A stretch of 64,000 bases of DNA from the human T2T-CHM13v2.0 reference genome, Homo sapiens (GCF_009914755.1 NC_060938.1), one strand, 5' to 3'. Positions 1 to 21,985 are shown, numbered from the stretch's first letter. Notes: generated by a model from the sequence alone, not told the origin. Numbers and translations: made by a program.

Positions 1-4095
<4,095 letters not shown>

Positions 4096-5494
4096 AGGCA
4101 AATGAAAGCCCAAAAAAGTGTGTGAGCATGGAGAGGTGTTTCTGAGTGTAAGGGGATGTCTGAGAGCTGAGCGGAGGGCATGTGCAATCCCAGCTCTGCT
4201 TTAAGCCCAGGGCCTCAGCAGGAAGTATTGCACAGGGTGCCTCCCTCCTGGACTGTCTGAGAGCTCCAGCCCTCCTGCAATTTGGGGATCCTTGAGGGCC
4301 CATGGCATTTTCTTTTCAAATAGGCTGTCAGGCCATGTATATTCTCCACGTTGTTTGAAAAGAAACTTCCACAGCATCAGATACACTGGGATTCTGACCC
4401 TGAGTCTTCTGGCCGGCATCTGTTCTGATTAGGATACTCACCCTCCTACACGATATCACTGGTGTGGTGTTTCTCCCTCTTCTCCTAACCTCAAAAGGCC
4501 TGAGCCCCTGACTGGCCAGTGTGGAGTGGAGGAAAGACCCCAGGCTGCAGGGAAATGAGACCAGTGGAGTACCAGAGTCCAGGGGGGAGGGACTCAGGCA
4601 GGAATGATTGTGACCAGCCGATGGGGTAGAACCCAAAGTATGAAGTTGATTCCTTGTGGAGAGACGAATCCAGGGGTGTGCAGCAACACTGTGTAGGATG
4701 TTTGCAACCCACAGCTTCAGTGGCAGCATCCTTGCAGGTCATTTGTGAATTGCGTAACACGAAATGAATCATGCTCCTGTGAAGACATATGCTTTTCGTT
4801 TAAGATATTAAACAGTAGCTCCTGTGAGTAACACAGATATAATCCTATACATTTATGAATGCATTGGATAAAGTACTACTTACAAGAACTCCAGTAGGAT
4901 TGATATCCACACTGCATAGGTATGTAAAACATGAGTTGCCCAATTCCCCCAACAGGCAGAAAACAGACTCCTTGGCTCAGCCCCGTGAGTCTGCACCACA
5001 GGAACCCTACGTAGAATCAGAGTTGGAAAAGCCCGTTGCAGGTCACCTGGTCCAGCCTCTCCCAGGCAGAGGGCTCAGTCCCTGATTCCTGTCCTCAGGG
5101 AGCAAGGAAAGCAGGGAAAACCATCTACTCACTTCTCCCAGCGCAACTCCTATGTGAAAGGGAAATAGCAGTGGACAACCTGGAGCTTTCCAGAAGCAAC
5201 ACTGCGAAATAAACTAACACAGTTTCCGGATCTGTGTGGCTACAGCACTGATGAGGTTAAATGCTAACAAGACGGCTTGTCTGGAACCAAAGGGTGCGCA
5301 TAGCTTTAGGTATCTGGATATTATTGTTTCGCATCGCCATTTAAAAGATAATAAAGTGGTATTGTTTCCTCTTTACCCTGAAACCCCAGAAGGAACAAAA
5401 ATTCCCCTTTCTGTTACATACAAGATTCATAAGAGTTTTGTTTTGAATGTTGGATTCCTTTGGGGGAAGGGGGAACATAAATACTTGGTGTTTG

Positions 5495-5535
5495 ATGTGT
5501 GTGTGTGTGCGTGCGCGCGCGTGTGTGTGTACACA
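5495..5535. repeat. Alternating purine-pyrimidine (TG)n(CG)n tract
   Basis: ATGTGTGTGTGTGTGCGTGCGCGCGCGTGTGTGTGTACACA, unbroken RY alternation. Confidence 0.95.
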
Positions 5536-8500
5536 AAGAAAGAGGTTGCTTTCTCCCTCTCACCTCCCTGCATTACAAGTCTTTACCTCTTGCTCTGAAC
5601 TTGTAACTTTCCGCATTGTGCCAGGGGGCAGGCAGTTTCTAGGTTGTCGGTTTTCCAAGGTCATCCTTTGAGATTAGCGTTCTGTGGGTTGCATCTGTAA
5701 TAAGTCAGACAAGGGTTTCTTCAGCTGACTTAGTAGGCTCTTCCCTTCTGATCTGAAACTGCTTAGGAAGTCTCAGCACAGCCCGTAGACTGTTTCGTTG
5801 CTATAAATTCCTAAAAGAAAACAAAAGCAGAGTTTCATCATTTTTGGTGCCCACTCCTCATCTGTCTCCTCCCTCTGTGTCCTTTGGTGACTGTGAAAGG
5901 ATGTGACAGTGTCTGGTGGAGTTGGTGGAGAGAGAAACAGTGGCCTGTGGGTTGGAGCTCAGAGAAAGAGGTTATCCTAGGATGAAATATCAAACCATAT
6001 CACATTGATTTTCCCTTTGGGGGGCCTGGATATCACATCCTTCCATTTCCCTCTAGTCCCTGCCCGCCATCGACAGGGAAGCATTAACAGGGAATAATCA
6101 ATGATGCTGTGTCCTGAAAATAAGAGGCTTGTCATGTCTCTCCATTTGGTGGAATGGATGTGGGACCAGGGGTCATGTGGCCGCTTCCATCTGTCTCCTG
6201 ACAGAGGCACTGACTCAGACATGCTTTCCATCCACAGGGCTGCAGCCCACAGCCAGGTGACTGCAAGCTCTCCATGGGCATCAAGAAAAACAAGACTTCA
6301 ATTTCTTTGAACCCCTGTGTCAGGAGCTAGGCTGACTATGAAATATGGCAGCTTAGGAGTGGCGTGAGTGAACTTTAATTTCTGAGTTTTGTAAAGGATT
6401 GATATTCCCTCATATGCTACATGCTGCTCTTGCTGTCAAACCAGGCCATGCATTCACTGTTTCATGATAGAATAAGAAATTCAGAATTGACAGGGACTAA
6501 ACTCTGTGGCCCAGTCCCATTCCTCATCTGATATGTGAGTTCACTATAACTTTGCAGGTAAACCCAATGATTGTCTGAACATCACTGCTGGCTCCTATAA
6601 TTGCTCATGTTTGTCAGAAAGCTCAACTCTTAGAAAGTGTTTTCTTGTACTTTACCAAAATCTATTTTCTGGTGTTTTTCTCGCATTAGTCCCTCCACAT
6701 GTTAATATGGGCCCTGGAAGCAGAGGCTCGTTCTCCCGAGAAGCTGCCCTCTACGCTATGGGCCCTGCGTAAGTGTCAATAAGGTGGCTCACTTGCCTTA
6801 TTTCCAGCAATAACCCTGATTTTCTTTGGAGAATCTGCCCTCCTCCACTCTCATGTCATGAGGTTTAATGACATCTCTCTCCCTCCTTTCTCCAAGCTCG
6901 ATGGGTAGGCATAATTTCTAAAGCTATGCAGTGGGACTCACTGTCCTGAACTTTCAATCTTGATTAGGTGGTAGAAGGACAGCCCCCCTGCCCTGAGACA
7001 ACACTCGGAGGCCTGTATTCCAGCGAGAGTGCCCTGACAAGACAGCTCTGGCCACCCTTGCCTGGCTCCTCCACCTTCCCGTCAGTTTCGTGAGTTCTCC
7101 AGCCTTTTCCCAGGTAAGTCCAGTTTCCCTTCAATGTATGAGAGTTATAGTCTATTGCCTATAGCAATATCATTCTCAATATAAAACAAAGTGCAGGTTT
7201 CAATAGTAACCAGGCTCTGAGGCTGGTCTGCCTTGACTCACGTTAGCCTCACTGACACAGCTCTCTGGGTTTCCTGGTGGGCACCTCATTCTTCCACCAT
7301 CCATTAAGGGACAGCCTAGCCTTGGGCCTGACACAGAAGGGGAGTAAGAAGCCCTTTGCTGAAACACAGATGGACCACATCCAAGAGTCTAATATGGCAA
7401 AGACAGAAGTGATGTCAATTGGATGTAGCATGTGTGTGTTGTAAATGAACCCATGCAGCATCACCGTGATCACCACTTTGTTTTCTAGGTGCTCAGAAGT
7501 TATTTAGGATCTGAGACTCTTGCTTGGGGGTGATGAGTAGCTCCTGTATTTGCAGAATGAATTCTCGGTGGGACCTTTGGTGAGTCTAACTTGGGCCTCA
7601 GCTTCCTCAACTGTAGAATAGATGGAATAATTTTATCCATCCCACTGATCATACCTGCAAGCCTCTGGGTGGGGCCTTACTTGTGGTCACATTGATCCTC
7701 TCAGTTGGCCCAACCGTACTTGTTTGTTGGGAAGAACAAACAAGAATTTGTGTAAAAATACTTAATAAAATGCAATGCATTATGTCTAGGATGTAGTTTG
7801 TTATAAGAGCACCAATCCTCATCTTCTAAAATCTTCTGTTCTCTTGGTTGCTTCCAAGATCATTGCCAGTTTACCAGTGCCATTTGCAAGGGTTATCAAC
7901 ATCTGGAAAGCAATTCTTCGAAGTAATCAACTTTAATTCATTAGCGTGGCTAGAGAACAGGTGCACTTTTTATCATCTCTGCACTTGGAGCTTTAATTCC
8001 CTCTTACCAACATTTGTATTACCCATTTCATGGTAAAAGACTTTATTTGACAGAAGCGACAAGTAAATTAGGGGTGGAGGGCTTCTGCCTTCTTTCTGAT
8101 AATCATTACTGATCCTAAATAGTGGCCTGTGCCATGTTTTTTTATACTTGCCCTAAACTTAACTTTAAAAAGCAGGAGCCATTTGTGATGCCCTGGGCTC
8201 TTTTTGCAAGTCTCAACTCATTGCTGGCTTCAGCCTTCTGACACTCTTTAACCAAAAGTCCGCTTATTTATTCATTCACATTCCATTCTGCCAATAACAG
8301 AAGCCCGTGAGAATAGAGGCAATATTTAGGAAAGTGTTTTGTGCATAGTATCAACTCAAGACCTCCTTGCCTCCCTCAAGGAACGAAGCCCTCACTGTTG
8401 GTACTGACCGGGGAGTGATTCAAAGGGTTTGCCAGGCTGAAGCCCCTGTTATAGACTCACATCATCCGTCATCACGACCGTCTCTTTCCTAGTGCCGCCT

Positions 8501-8776
8501 GTCGCCCTGCTCAGGGCTTCATGTGACCTTCTCTGTAGGTCCTCACTTTGTTTCTTCTTCCCATCCTTTATATTTGTCCTTCCCCCTTTTTAGTGGTGCC
8601 CATCAGAGTTCCTTCTGCAGCTGCCTAGATTTCCTTACATTCCATCTCTCTTTCTTTCCTTTTGGTGACATTTTTAGTGACAGAGCCAGATTTGAGGTTT
8701 TGAGGAGTTTCTAGTCGTGAACCATCTTCCTTTATGCTATGGAATCACCCCTAGTATGGCTAAAATTAGAAACTAA

Positions 8777-8818
<42 letters not shown>
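8777..8818. repeat. (CA)n microsatellite
   Basis: Direct reading. Confidence 0.97.
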
Positions 8819-8821
<3 letters not shown>

Positions 8822-9081
8822 TCTGGTTATCAAACTAAGCTACACATATTAGCGTATTGTAGACCATTTGAAAAATATACAGAAGTAGAAAATGCAAAAA
8901 TAAAATCATATAATATTACCACTCCCAAACAGCTACTCATTGGCATGTTGTTATAATTTCTGTGGATGTTATTCTACATGTATTTTGAATTCTACATGTA
9001 TATAGTAATTATACTATGCCTCCAACATTTTGTGTTTGATGTGTTACATAGCCATCCTCCCATATAAATATATATATATAA

Positions 9082-9488
9082 AACAGGGTCTCACTTTGTC
9101 ACCAGGATAGAGTGCAGTGGGGCAAACACATCTCACTGCAGCCTCACTGCAGCCTCACTGCAGCCTCACTGCAGCCTCACTGCAGGCTCACTGCAGCCTC
9201 ACTGCAGCCTCACTGCAGCCTCACTGCAGGCTCACTGCAGCCTCACTGCAGCCTCACTGCAGCCTCACTGCAGCCTCACTGCAGGCTCAAGCAATCTTCC
9301 TGCTTCAGCCCCCCAAGTAGCTGGGACTATAGGTGTGCGCCACCACGCCCAGCTAATTTTTGTATTTTTTGTAGCAACAGGGTCTCACCATATTGCCTAG
9401 GCTGGTGTTGAACTCTTGGGCTCAAGCCATCCTCCTTCCTCGGCCTCCCAAAATGCTGAGATTACAGGTGTGAGACACTGCACCAGGC
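9082..9488 (-). mobile_element. AluJ-like element with internal minisatellite; tail decayed to (TA)n
   Basis: ACAGGGTCTCACTTTGTC..AGTGCAGTGG..GGCTCAAGCAATC..GCTAATTTTTGTATTTTTTGTAG..ATTACAGGTGTGAG. Confidence 0.93.
9132..9285. repeat. 11-bp tandem repeat (CTCACTGCAGC)x14 with G-ending variant at units 5, 9 and 14
   Basis: Counted directly. Confidence 0.97.
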
Positions 9489-9583
9489 TTTCATGTTAAT
9501 ATATATTTTTATAAGTGCTATATTTAATGGCTGTATCAAACACACAGTGTTCCTCTTATTGAACATTACAGTTGTTCCCAGGC

Positions 9584-9742
<159 letters not shown>

Positions 9743-9765
9743 CTTTTTTCTTTTATAAATAACTC

Positions 9766-10378
9766 TGTTCGAGGTTAGCGGGAGCACAATGCACAAGACC
9801 ACCCTCACTTGTGACACCAATTGCAAGTCCGGGGGCGTTCCAAAAACCATTCTGGGGTTTGATAATTCACTAGAAAGACTCGCAGAACTCACTGATAGCT
9901 GTTAGATTCACGGTTATGGGTTATTACAGCTAAAGGGCACAAATTAAAACCAGCCAAGGAAAGAGATGCAATTGGCAGAGTCCAGGAAGGTTGCAGGCAT
10001 GGAGTTTCCAGTTGTCCTTTACCCATGGAGTCCTGGGAAGTGTCCTTTTCCCAGCACTGATATGTAACAATGCACATGGAATATTGGCAACCAGGGAAGC
10101 TCACTCGAGCCTTGGCATCCTGAGTTTTTGTTGGGGCTCCATAGTTGACTGCCCGTGCAGCTGCTCTTTAGTCTCCAGCCCCTCCAGAGGTAAAATGGAT
10201 ACTGCATGGCCCAATGTCCCCATCATAAATCACTGTTAAACTGTCCAGTGGCCAAGGCCCCAGGCAAACAAAGGCACTCTTACCAGGCAGGACATCCCAA
10301 GGTCCAAAAGCTCACCTTCCTGCAGCAGAGTACAAAGGCCAGACTGCTTTTTGGGTAAGGCGGATTCTTTACTACACA
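9766..10378 (-). mobile_element. MER21-family LTR
   Basis: Reverse complement begins TGTGTAGTAAAGAAT..CCTTACCCAAAAAG..TCTGGCCTTTG, as in MER21B/C; TG..CA ends. Confidence 0.85.
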
Positions 10379-10734
10379 CCCTATGACAAATATCTTTGTG
10401 CAGAAGCATTTTCCATTTTGAGGGTCAATTCTTAGGGTAAATTATTGGGAGTGGAATTATTGGAGCGAAGGATATAAATATTTTAAAGATTGTTGATACA
10501 TATTGCCAAAATGCTTCCCAAGACGAGACCAATTTGTTTTCCATTCCTCTCCACCCCCACGCAGCAGGTATCAGAGCATCTGTTTTATCACAGCCTCACA
10601 TGCAATGGGCATTGTCATTTTTAAAAAATTCTGGCAATTTGATAGATACAAAGTGGTGGTTTCAAATGATTGTCATTTGCCTTTCTGATTACAAATGAGG
10701 GAAAATACTTGCCCATCTTTAAAGGTTTTTCTTG

Positions 10735-11500
10735 TGGAGAATCTTGAACACCCATAAAAGTTGATAGAACGGTTTGATGAATTCCCACACGCCCATCATC
10801 CCAGCCCCACAACCGTCAATCAACTCCTGGGAATTCTACCTCATCCGCAGCCCCACCTTCTTCTCCCACTGTCATAGTGTTTTTGAAGAAAATCTCCTGG
10901 ACACATAATTTTATCTTTAATATTTCAGTATGAATTTCTAAAAGATAAGGACTCTTCATTAAAGATTCACAAACGCAATGATCATACTTTAAAAATTAAC
11001 GATAAGTCCTTAATGTCATCATATACCCAGTTAGTATTGAAATTTCCAATTGTTTCATAAATAATAGGGTTTTTTTACATTAAAAACAATTAGGGTCCAG
11101 GCCAGGTGTTGTGGCTCATCCCTGTAATCCCACCACTTTGGGAGCCCAAGGCAGGAGGATCACTTGAGGACAGGAGTTTGGGACTAGTCTAGGCAACATA
11201 GCAAGACCTTCTCTCTACAAAAATAAGAAAAAGGAAAAATTAGCCATGTGCAGTGGACACACCTGCAGTCCTAGATACCTAGGAGGCTGAGGCAGGAGGA
11301 TCACTTGAGCCCAGGAGTTTGAGCCTGCAATGAGCTCTGATTGTGCCACTGCACTCCAACCTGGGCAACAGAGCAAGAACCTGTCTCTAAAAAATAAAAA
11401 ATAAATTAGGATCCAAATGAGGACCAGATATTGAGATTCATGGAGATTCATAGATATGTCTTTTAATGTAATATATGTCCTTTAATTCTTTAATCTATGG
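10735..11500 (-). mobile_element. L1MC-like 3' end fragment, interrupted by AluJ
   Basis: TATTTCAGTATG..CTAAAAGATAAGGACTCTT..AAAAATTAAC..TCCTTAATGTCATC. Confidence 0.6.
11100..11403 (+). mobile_element. AluJ
   Basis: Full dimer with GGAGGATCACTTGAGCCCAGGAG; TSD AATTAGG(G/A)TCCA at 11088-11099 and 11404-11415. Confidence 0.95.
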
Positions 11501-11594
11501 ATTCCCTCTCTCTCTGTCTCTTTCTCTCCAGCTGCTTTCCTCTAAGACATGGCTTATTGTTCACTGTTGTATCTCTGTTGCCTAAAACAGCAGG

Positions 11595-12883
<1,289 letters not shown>

Positions 12884-14337
12884 ATGACTAAATATGAAGG
12901 CTAGTTAAGACCTGATCAGACACTGTGCTTTTAGCTGAATGAGTCCTCCAGCCATTGACCAGATGGTTGAACTTCACTATCCATTGTTTCTGAGGTGGTT
13001 TTGTGACCCACATCAGCACTAATTGAGTTGGTCAGGCCCTTCCTCCAGCCAGGCTGATTGTGGCATTCTCTGACAGTTGCTTTACCCCCTCTCACCTTCC
13101 CCCATGATCTCCTTGCAGCCTGCCCACACTGGCCTTAGGGTGACTTTCTGGAGAGGCAAGCATCTTCATGTGAGACCTGCCAAAGGGTGTATACCTTCTC
13201 AAAAGACCCTGCAGTTTCTTCTCCAATGTGGACAACGCTGAGCATATGATCTTTCGGTGTCTATCTGCACTTTCTTTGACCTGTGAGTATTTCTGTTTAT
13301 GGTGTAATTTACTTTCTCCTCTCCACATAGCTTCTCCAGTCTGATTTCTCAATGGTTGTAAATTGCTCCCAACAAAAAGCTTTAGAACATAAGCATTCAG
13401 TCTTGAGCTGAGCCTATGTGGTCACTGTGCAGATCTGTCCACCCTGGGACACTCCCTGGTGCCCTCCCACCGTGCAGGGACAGTTCTCCCTTTTTGTCTC
13501 CATGGCCCATGGCTTCACAAACCCTCTGTTCTCTCTCTAATGTTCTCTCTGTCACCTCCCCTTTCCTAGCCTGGGTGTTTGAAAACAATCATTGTCAGAA
13601 TATGACATTTAATCTGTTTTCAGTTTTTATTGTAAAAAGAGGAAGCGAAGACTAGCGGTAAGATGCAGATGACTAATGAAAGAATTCCTCACAGCTGTTC
13701 AGGGATATATATTTTTTTCTGTAGTGGAGCGAGACAGATTCCCATCACAGCTCGGGGACTCGTTCCGTGAAGCCCCTCATCTGTCATGCTCTGGGGGTGA
13801 AGGGGGCAGTGGAGAAATGTCATTATGGATGTAACTGGACTCAGAAGTGACTGGTCAAGGTTGGCACTGCAGTCCTGATGGAGCGGCTTATGGAAGTTTT
13901 TCTGGGAGGCACTGCTGGCTGGTGGAAAGGGCAGCTCCAAACACCCCTGCTTGTGGTTGATTCCCAGGTTCCGTCCAATCAGACCACCTTAGAGCTGGAA
14001 TAAGTCCCTCCAACATAGCTATCCAAGGAAAATACCCTTCTACCCATTCCAAACCAGATAGGATATCAAAACAAGTATTTTCTCAGGTTTTGCACCAGAC
14101 CTGAACAGGTGCTCTAATCATCTGTGCTGATGCCACTGGCCCATCTCTCTGGGAACTCTGAGCAGAGTGGAACCAGGGTGGTCTGGATCTGTGCCTGGTG
14201 CATTACACCAACAGGGAGGAATGCTTGGATCCGTGGTGCCTGCATCAGGCTGGCCAATCCTGTGTGGATACTGATTAGTCTCAAAGCGAGAATGCTAAGG
14301 AAGACAGAGATCAGCCCATCTTATAAGACACAGATTC

Positions 14338-14708
<371 letters not shown>

Positions 14709-15368
14709 CTAACCCCAGGAAACAACTTGAGCAAAGAGCTTTTCAGTCACTAATAGTTGTCCTTCCCCTTTCTGCTCCTGCCTTCAGGCTTGTTCACTCA
14801 CCCTCCACCAGAGGCAAAGAAGCTGCCCCGCAGGCACTGCCTACAGCATCAGTGAGCCCCCTTGGGCTTCTCCACCCGACTGGACCCATGGCTGTCATGC
14901 CTTGACTGCCCTTCCTCCCAGGTTTCCAGTTTGCTTGGGGAAAGAGCCTTTCTCCGTATTTCCTTATTGCCAGCCTCATTCCTAAAAGGATTTGAAATGT
15001 CTGACAAAAGCACAAATGTGCAGCAAAGGAGGACACCCAGGCAGGGGAAATAAAGGCAGGAAATGTGAGGCAAAGCCACGTGAGGCTCTCATACAAAAGG
15101 CTGATTGATATTCACTTGCTAATTTGATTCTGCGTTTTCTTGAAAGAAGGAAACATAATCAACAATTCCCTTCACAGTGTCCATGAGATAAAAGCAAACG
15201 AGTTGTTTGGGAGAAAGTTCTGAAGTGCCAGATGCATCTCTGGTGGGATGCTTATTCTTTTAAGGATGTGAGCAACACCCTCAATCATGATGAGTTTTAT
15301 GAGCCATACAATTATTAAAAATTTTTAACTTTCTTATTAAGATTCCTGTGAAGATCACTGGCATTTGA

Positions 15369-15962
<594 letters not shown>

Positions 15963-16043
15963 TGAAAGTATCCAGCCGAGCTACTTTACTGAGTTATGAT
16001 TAAATTACATGCAATAAGCTGCGGGTAGTACTTTTTTTTAAAG

Positions 16044-16248
16044 CAGTGTTTCTCAAACTCAAGCATGTTTTAGAATCTCCTTAAAAGTTTGTTAAAACAC
16101 AGATTGCTGGGCCTCACCCTAGAGCTGCTGATTTCATAGGTCCAGGTGGGACTGAGAATTTGCATTTCTAACAGGGTTCTAGGTGGTGTGCTGCTGTTGG
16201 TCTCAGTGTCGCTGTTGCTGTCAGTCTTGGTATCATGGAGAACCACTG
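16044..16248 (+). mobile_element. MER5A (hAT-Charlie MITE)
   Basis: TIRs CAGTGTTTCTC..GAGAACCACTG; core GAATTTGCATTTCTAACA; 8-bp TSD TTTTAAAG / TTCTAAAG. Confidence 0.9.
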
Positions 16249-16929
16249 TTCTAAAGAAACTTCCTTTCCTTTCCCTTAAACCATCCTAGGTTGGACAACC
16301 AGTTGTGGTCCATTTGGGAGCTCCCATCTCATTAAAAAATGAGAACATCCTGAGCCAGACAAAGATGCTCTTTGTACTTTTAGTTTCATTCTGAACCCAA
16401 GCCAGAAATCTACCTAAGCAACTCACGTGGGAGTCATGAGGAAGCAAATATTTAGACTTTACGAGCATGCGCATTCTATACTGACCAGTGTTGAATTTTT
16501 CCACGATTTTCATTTGGGCAAAGTACTATGTGTTACAATCAACCAGGTGGTACTTCTCAGATGCCTGATAATGTTCTGAAAATTAGAGAGATAAACATTA
16601 TCCTGTGTGACAAATACAGGTATGTCAGTACAGGCTGGCTGAAGATCTGATTTGCTGGGTGAAAGCTCCTTTCCCAACTCTTTCACCTGAAACTAAAAGT
16701 TCTTGCTAGTGAGCATCCATTTTGGCCAGAGTGTGGCTACATCACCAACCCAAAAGGGTTTAGGGAGGACAGGGAACAAGATTTCATAGCTGCATAATAC
16801 CAGGCATTCCCAGAAGTGCTTTGCCACCTTTGCTGGTATGTCTTCTGTGGCTTTACATGTGCCAGGTAAGCTGACAGCAGAACATCAGTATCCACTTGTT
16901 GTGGTTTTAAAATATGTTCACATATACAG

Positions 16930-17286
16930 TTGAAAGCATTCCTTCTGAGAACTGGAACAAGACAAGGATGCCCGCTTTCACCACTTCTATTCAACATAGT
17001 GCTGGAAGTCCTAGCCAGAGCAATCAGACAAGAGAAAGAAATAAAGGGCATCCAAATTGGAAAACAGGAAGTCAAATTGTTGCTGTCAGCCAATGATGTG
17101 ATCATATACCTAGAAAACCCTAAAGACTCATCCAAAAAGCTCTTAGATCTGATAAATGAATTCAGTGAAGTCTCAGGATACAAAATCAATGTACACAAAT
17201 CAGTAGCACTGCTATACACCAACAATGACCAAGCTGAGAATCAAATTAAGAACTCAATCTCTTTTATGACAGCTGCAAAAAATTAA
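16930..17286 (+). pseudogene. Dead L1 ORF2 reverse-transcriptase fragment
   Basis: RQGCPLSP motif retained; catalytic FADD mutated to SAND; frame lost at the Alu insertion. Confidence 0.9.
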
Positions 17287-17302
17287 AATACTTAGGAATA
17301 TA

Positions 17303-17644
<342 letters not shown>

Positions 17645-19349
17645 TAGGAATATACTTAACCAAGGAAGTGAAAGATCTCTACAAGGAAAACTATGACACA
17701 CTGAAATCATAGATGATATAAACAAATGGAAACACTTCCCATGCTCATGGATGAGAAGAATCAATATTGTGAAAATGACTACACTGCCCAAAGCAATCTA
17801 TGGATTCGATACAGTTCTCATCAAAATAATATCATTCTTCACAGAACTAGATAAAACAATTCTAAAATTCATATGGAACAAAAATGATCCTGCATAGCCA
17901 AAGTAATACTAAGCAAAAAGAACAAATCTGGAGGCAACATACTACCTGATCTCAAATTACACTACAAGGCTATAGTTACCAAAACAGCATGATACTGGTA
18001 TAAAAATAGGCATATAGACCAATGGAACAGAATAGAGAGCCGAGAAATAAAGCCAAATACTTATATCCAACGGATCTTTGACAAAGCATACAAAAACATA
18101 AATTGGGGAAAGGACACCCTATTCAATAAATGGTGCTGGGAAAACTGGAAAGCCACATGTAGAAGAATGAAACTGGATCCCCATCTCTCACCTTATAGAA
18201 AAATCAACTCAGCATGGATCAAAGACTTAAATCTAAGATCTGAGACAATAAAAATTCTAGATAATAACATCAGAAAAACTCTTTTGGACATTGGTTTAGG
18301 CAAAAAATTCATGGCTAACCCCCCAAAAGCAAGTGCAACAAAAATAAAAATAAATAAATGGACCTAACTAAACTAAAAAGCTTATGCACAGCAAAAGAAA
18401 TAATTAGCAGTGTAAATGAACAACCCACAGAGTGGGAGAAAATATTCACAAACTATGGATCCAACAAAGGACTAGTATCTGGAATCTACAAGGAACTCAA
18501 ATCACCAAAAAACCCCCCAAATCATCCCATCAAAAAGTGGGCAAAGGACATGAATACATTTCTCAAAAGAAGATACATAAACAGCCAACAACTGTATGAA
18601 AAAATGCTCAACATCACTCTTCATTAGGCAGATGCGAATTAAAACCACAATGAGATACCACCTTACTCCTACAAGAATGGCCATAATTAAAAAGTCAAAA
18701 AACAATAGATGTTGGCATGGATGTGGCAAAAAGGGAATACTTTTACACTGCTGTTGGGAATGTAAATTGGTACAACCACTATAGAAAACAGTGTGGAGCC
18801 TCCTTAAAGAACTAAAAGTATATCTAGCATTCAATTCAGCAATGCCACTACTGAGTATATACCCAAAGGAAAAGGAGTCATTATATGAAAAAGACACATG
18901 CACACGCATGTTTATAGCAGCAAAATTTGCAATTGCAAAGGTAAGGAGCTAGCCTAAGTGCCCACCAGTCAAGGAGTGGATAAAGAAAATGCGGTATATA
19001 TACACCATGGACTACTACTCAGACATAAAAAGGAATGAAATAATGTCTTTTGCAGCAACTTGGATGGAGCGGGAGGCCATTATTCTAAGTGAATTAACTC
19101 AGGAATGGAAAACCAAATATTGTATGTTCTCACTTATAAGCAGGAGCTAAACTATGAGAATGCAAAGGTATAAGAATGATATAATGGACTTTGGGGACTT
19201 GAGGGGGAAGGTTGGAACAGGGTGAGGGATAAAAGACTACATATTGGGTATAGTGTACACTGCTTTGGTGACAGGTGCACTAAAATATCAGAAAGCACCA
19301 CTAACCACTAACCATGATCATCTAGACCATGTAACCAAAGCCTGTATAA

Positions 19350-19920
19350 ATGAAAACCATGAGATATCACCTCACACCTGTTAGGATGGCTATTATCAAA
19401 ATGATAATTATCAATATGAACCCCTGCACACTGCTGGTGGGAATGTAAGTTAGTACAGCCATTATGGAAAACAGTATGAAAGTTTCTCAAACAATTAAAA
19501 ATAAAATTACCATATGATCCAGCAGTCTCACTACTGGGAATATATTCACAGGAAATGCAGTCAGTATGTTGAAGAGATATCTGCACTCTCATGTTTACTG
19601 CAGCACTATTCATAATAGCCAAGATATGGACTTAACCTAAGTGTCTATCAAAGGATTAATGGATAAAGAAAATGTGGTATATATACACAATGAAATACCA
19701 TTCAGCCATACAAAAGAAAGAAATCTTGTCACTTGCAACAACATGGATGAAGTTGGAGGATATTATATTAAGTGAAATAAGCCAGGCACAGAAAGACAAA
19801 TACTACACAAACTTATTCATCTGTAGAATCTAGGGGGATTGCTTTCATGAAAATACAGAGTAGAATGGTGGTTACCAGGGGCTGGGGTGGTTGTGGGCTG
19901 GTGCGAGTTGGGGAAGAAAA
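19350..19920 (+). mobile_element. L1MA-like ORF2 end / partial 3'UTR fragment
   Basis: GAGATATCACCTCACACCTGTTAGGATGGCT..GAAGAGATATCTGCACTC..AGTAGAATGGTGGTTACCAGGGGCTGG, then stops at a short A run. Confidence 0.88.
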
Positions 19921-20079
19921 AAAATATGTTCACAAATTCTTTGATATTCCTCCTTTTGAAAGGTGGTACTTAATTTCCTATCCCTTGTGTGTAGGTTCTA
20001 CTGAGTCTCTCTTATAATGAACAGAATATGGCAGAAGTCATATTTTACCCAAAACTTGATAACTTCTGAAGGGAAGTCA

Positions 20080-20491
<412 letters not shown>

Positions 20492-21124
20492 TTATGGTGA
20501 GACCCATGTGACAAAGATCTAAAGCCTCCTTTCAGCAGCCCTTGAGTGAGCCACCTCGGAATTGGATCCCTCAGTCCCAGTCACATCTGCAAACCTGGAA
20601 AACACCTTCACTACAACCTCATGAAAGACCATGAGACAGAACGGCCCAGGTAAGTGACTCCCAAATTCTTGACCCACAGAAATTTTGAGATAATTAAAAT
20701 TTGTTAATTTAAGCCACTAAGGTGGGATAATTTGTTACACGGTAATTGATAACTAATACATTACAATAAAACAAACCTTTATACCACCACTGCTAAGTCT
20801 CTGTACAGGTGACATTCCTTCTAAGAAACTTTCAGTGATTTTAGTACCTCAAATTAAGTGCTCACTCCACAGTTAAGCGCCCAAGATGCTCCTACATATA
20901 GCCCTAAACAGACCCAACTGGACTAATATTTGCTGTGCCCTGAACACCTGTCAGACTTTCACACCTTGGCCAGCCAGCCTGAAATTATACCCCAGGTCCC
21001 GTCTCCACTTTATAAAATCCTTGCATCCTCCAGGTCCTATCCCAAAATCCACCTTCCCCATGACATCATTTTTGAGTTTCTCAGCCAGATGCTCCTCTCT
21101 TCATCCAAACCCACATTATACTTT

Positions 21125-21985
<861 letters not shown>

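Noticed and set aside
7111-7119. Perfect donor CAG|GTAAGT (also near 20648)
   Set aside because: Isolated, inside probable LTR relics, with no matching acceptor or frame.
9112-9411. ORFs with repeated [11 protein letters not shown], and a CRISPR-like look of the array
   Set aside because: Translation of an 11-bp tandem repeat in an Alu; no unique spacers and no cas genes.
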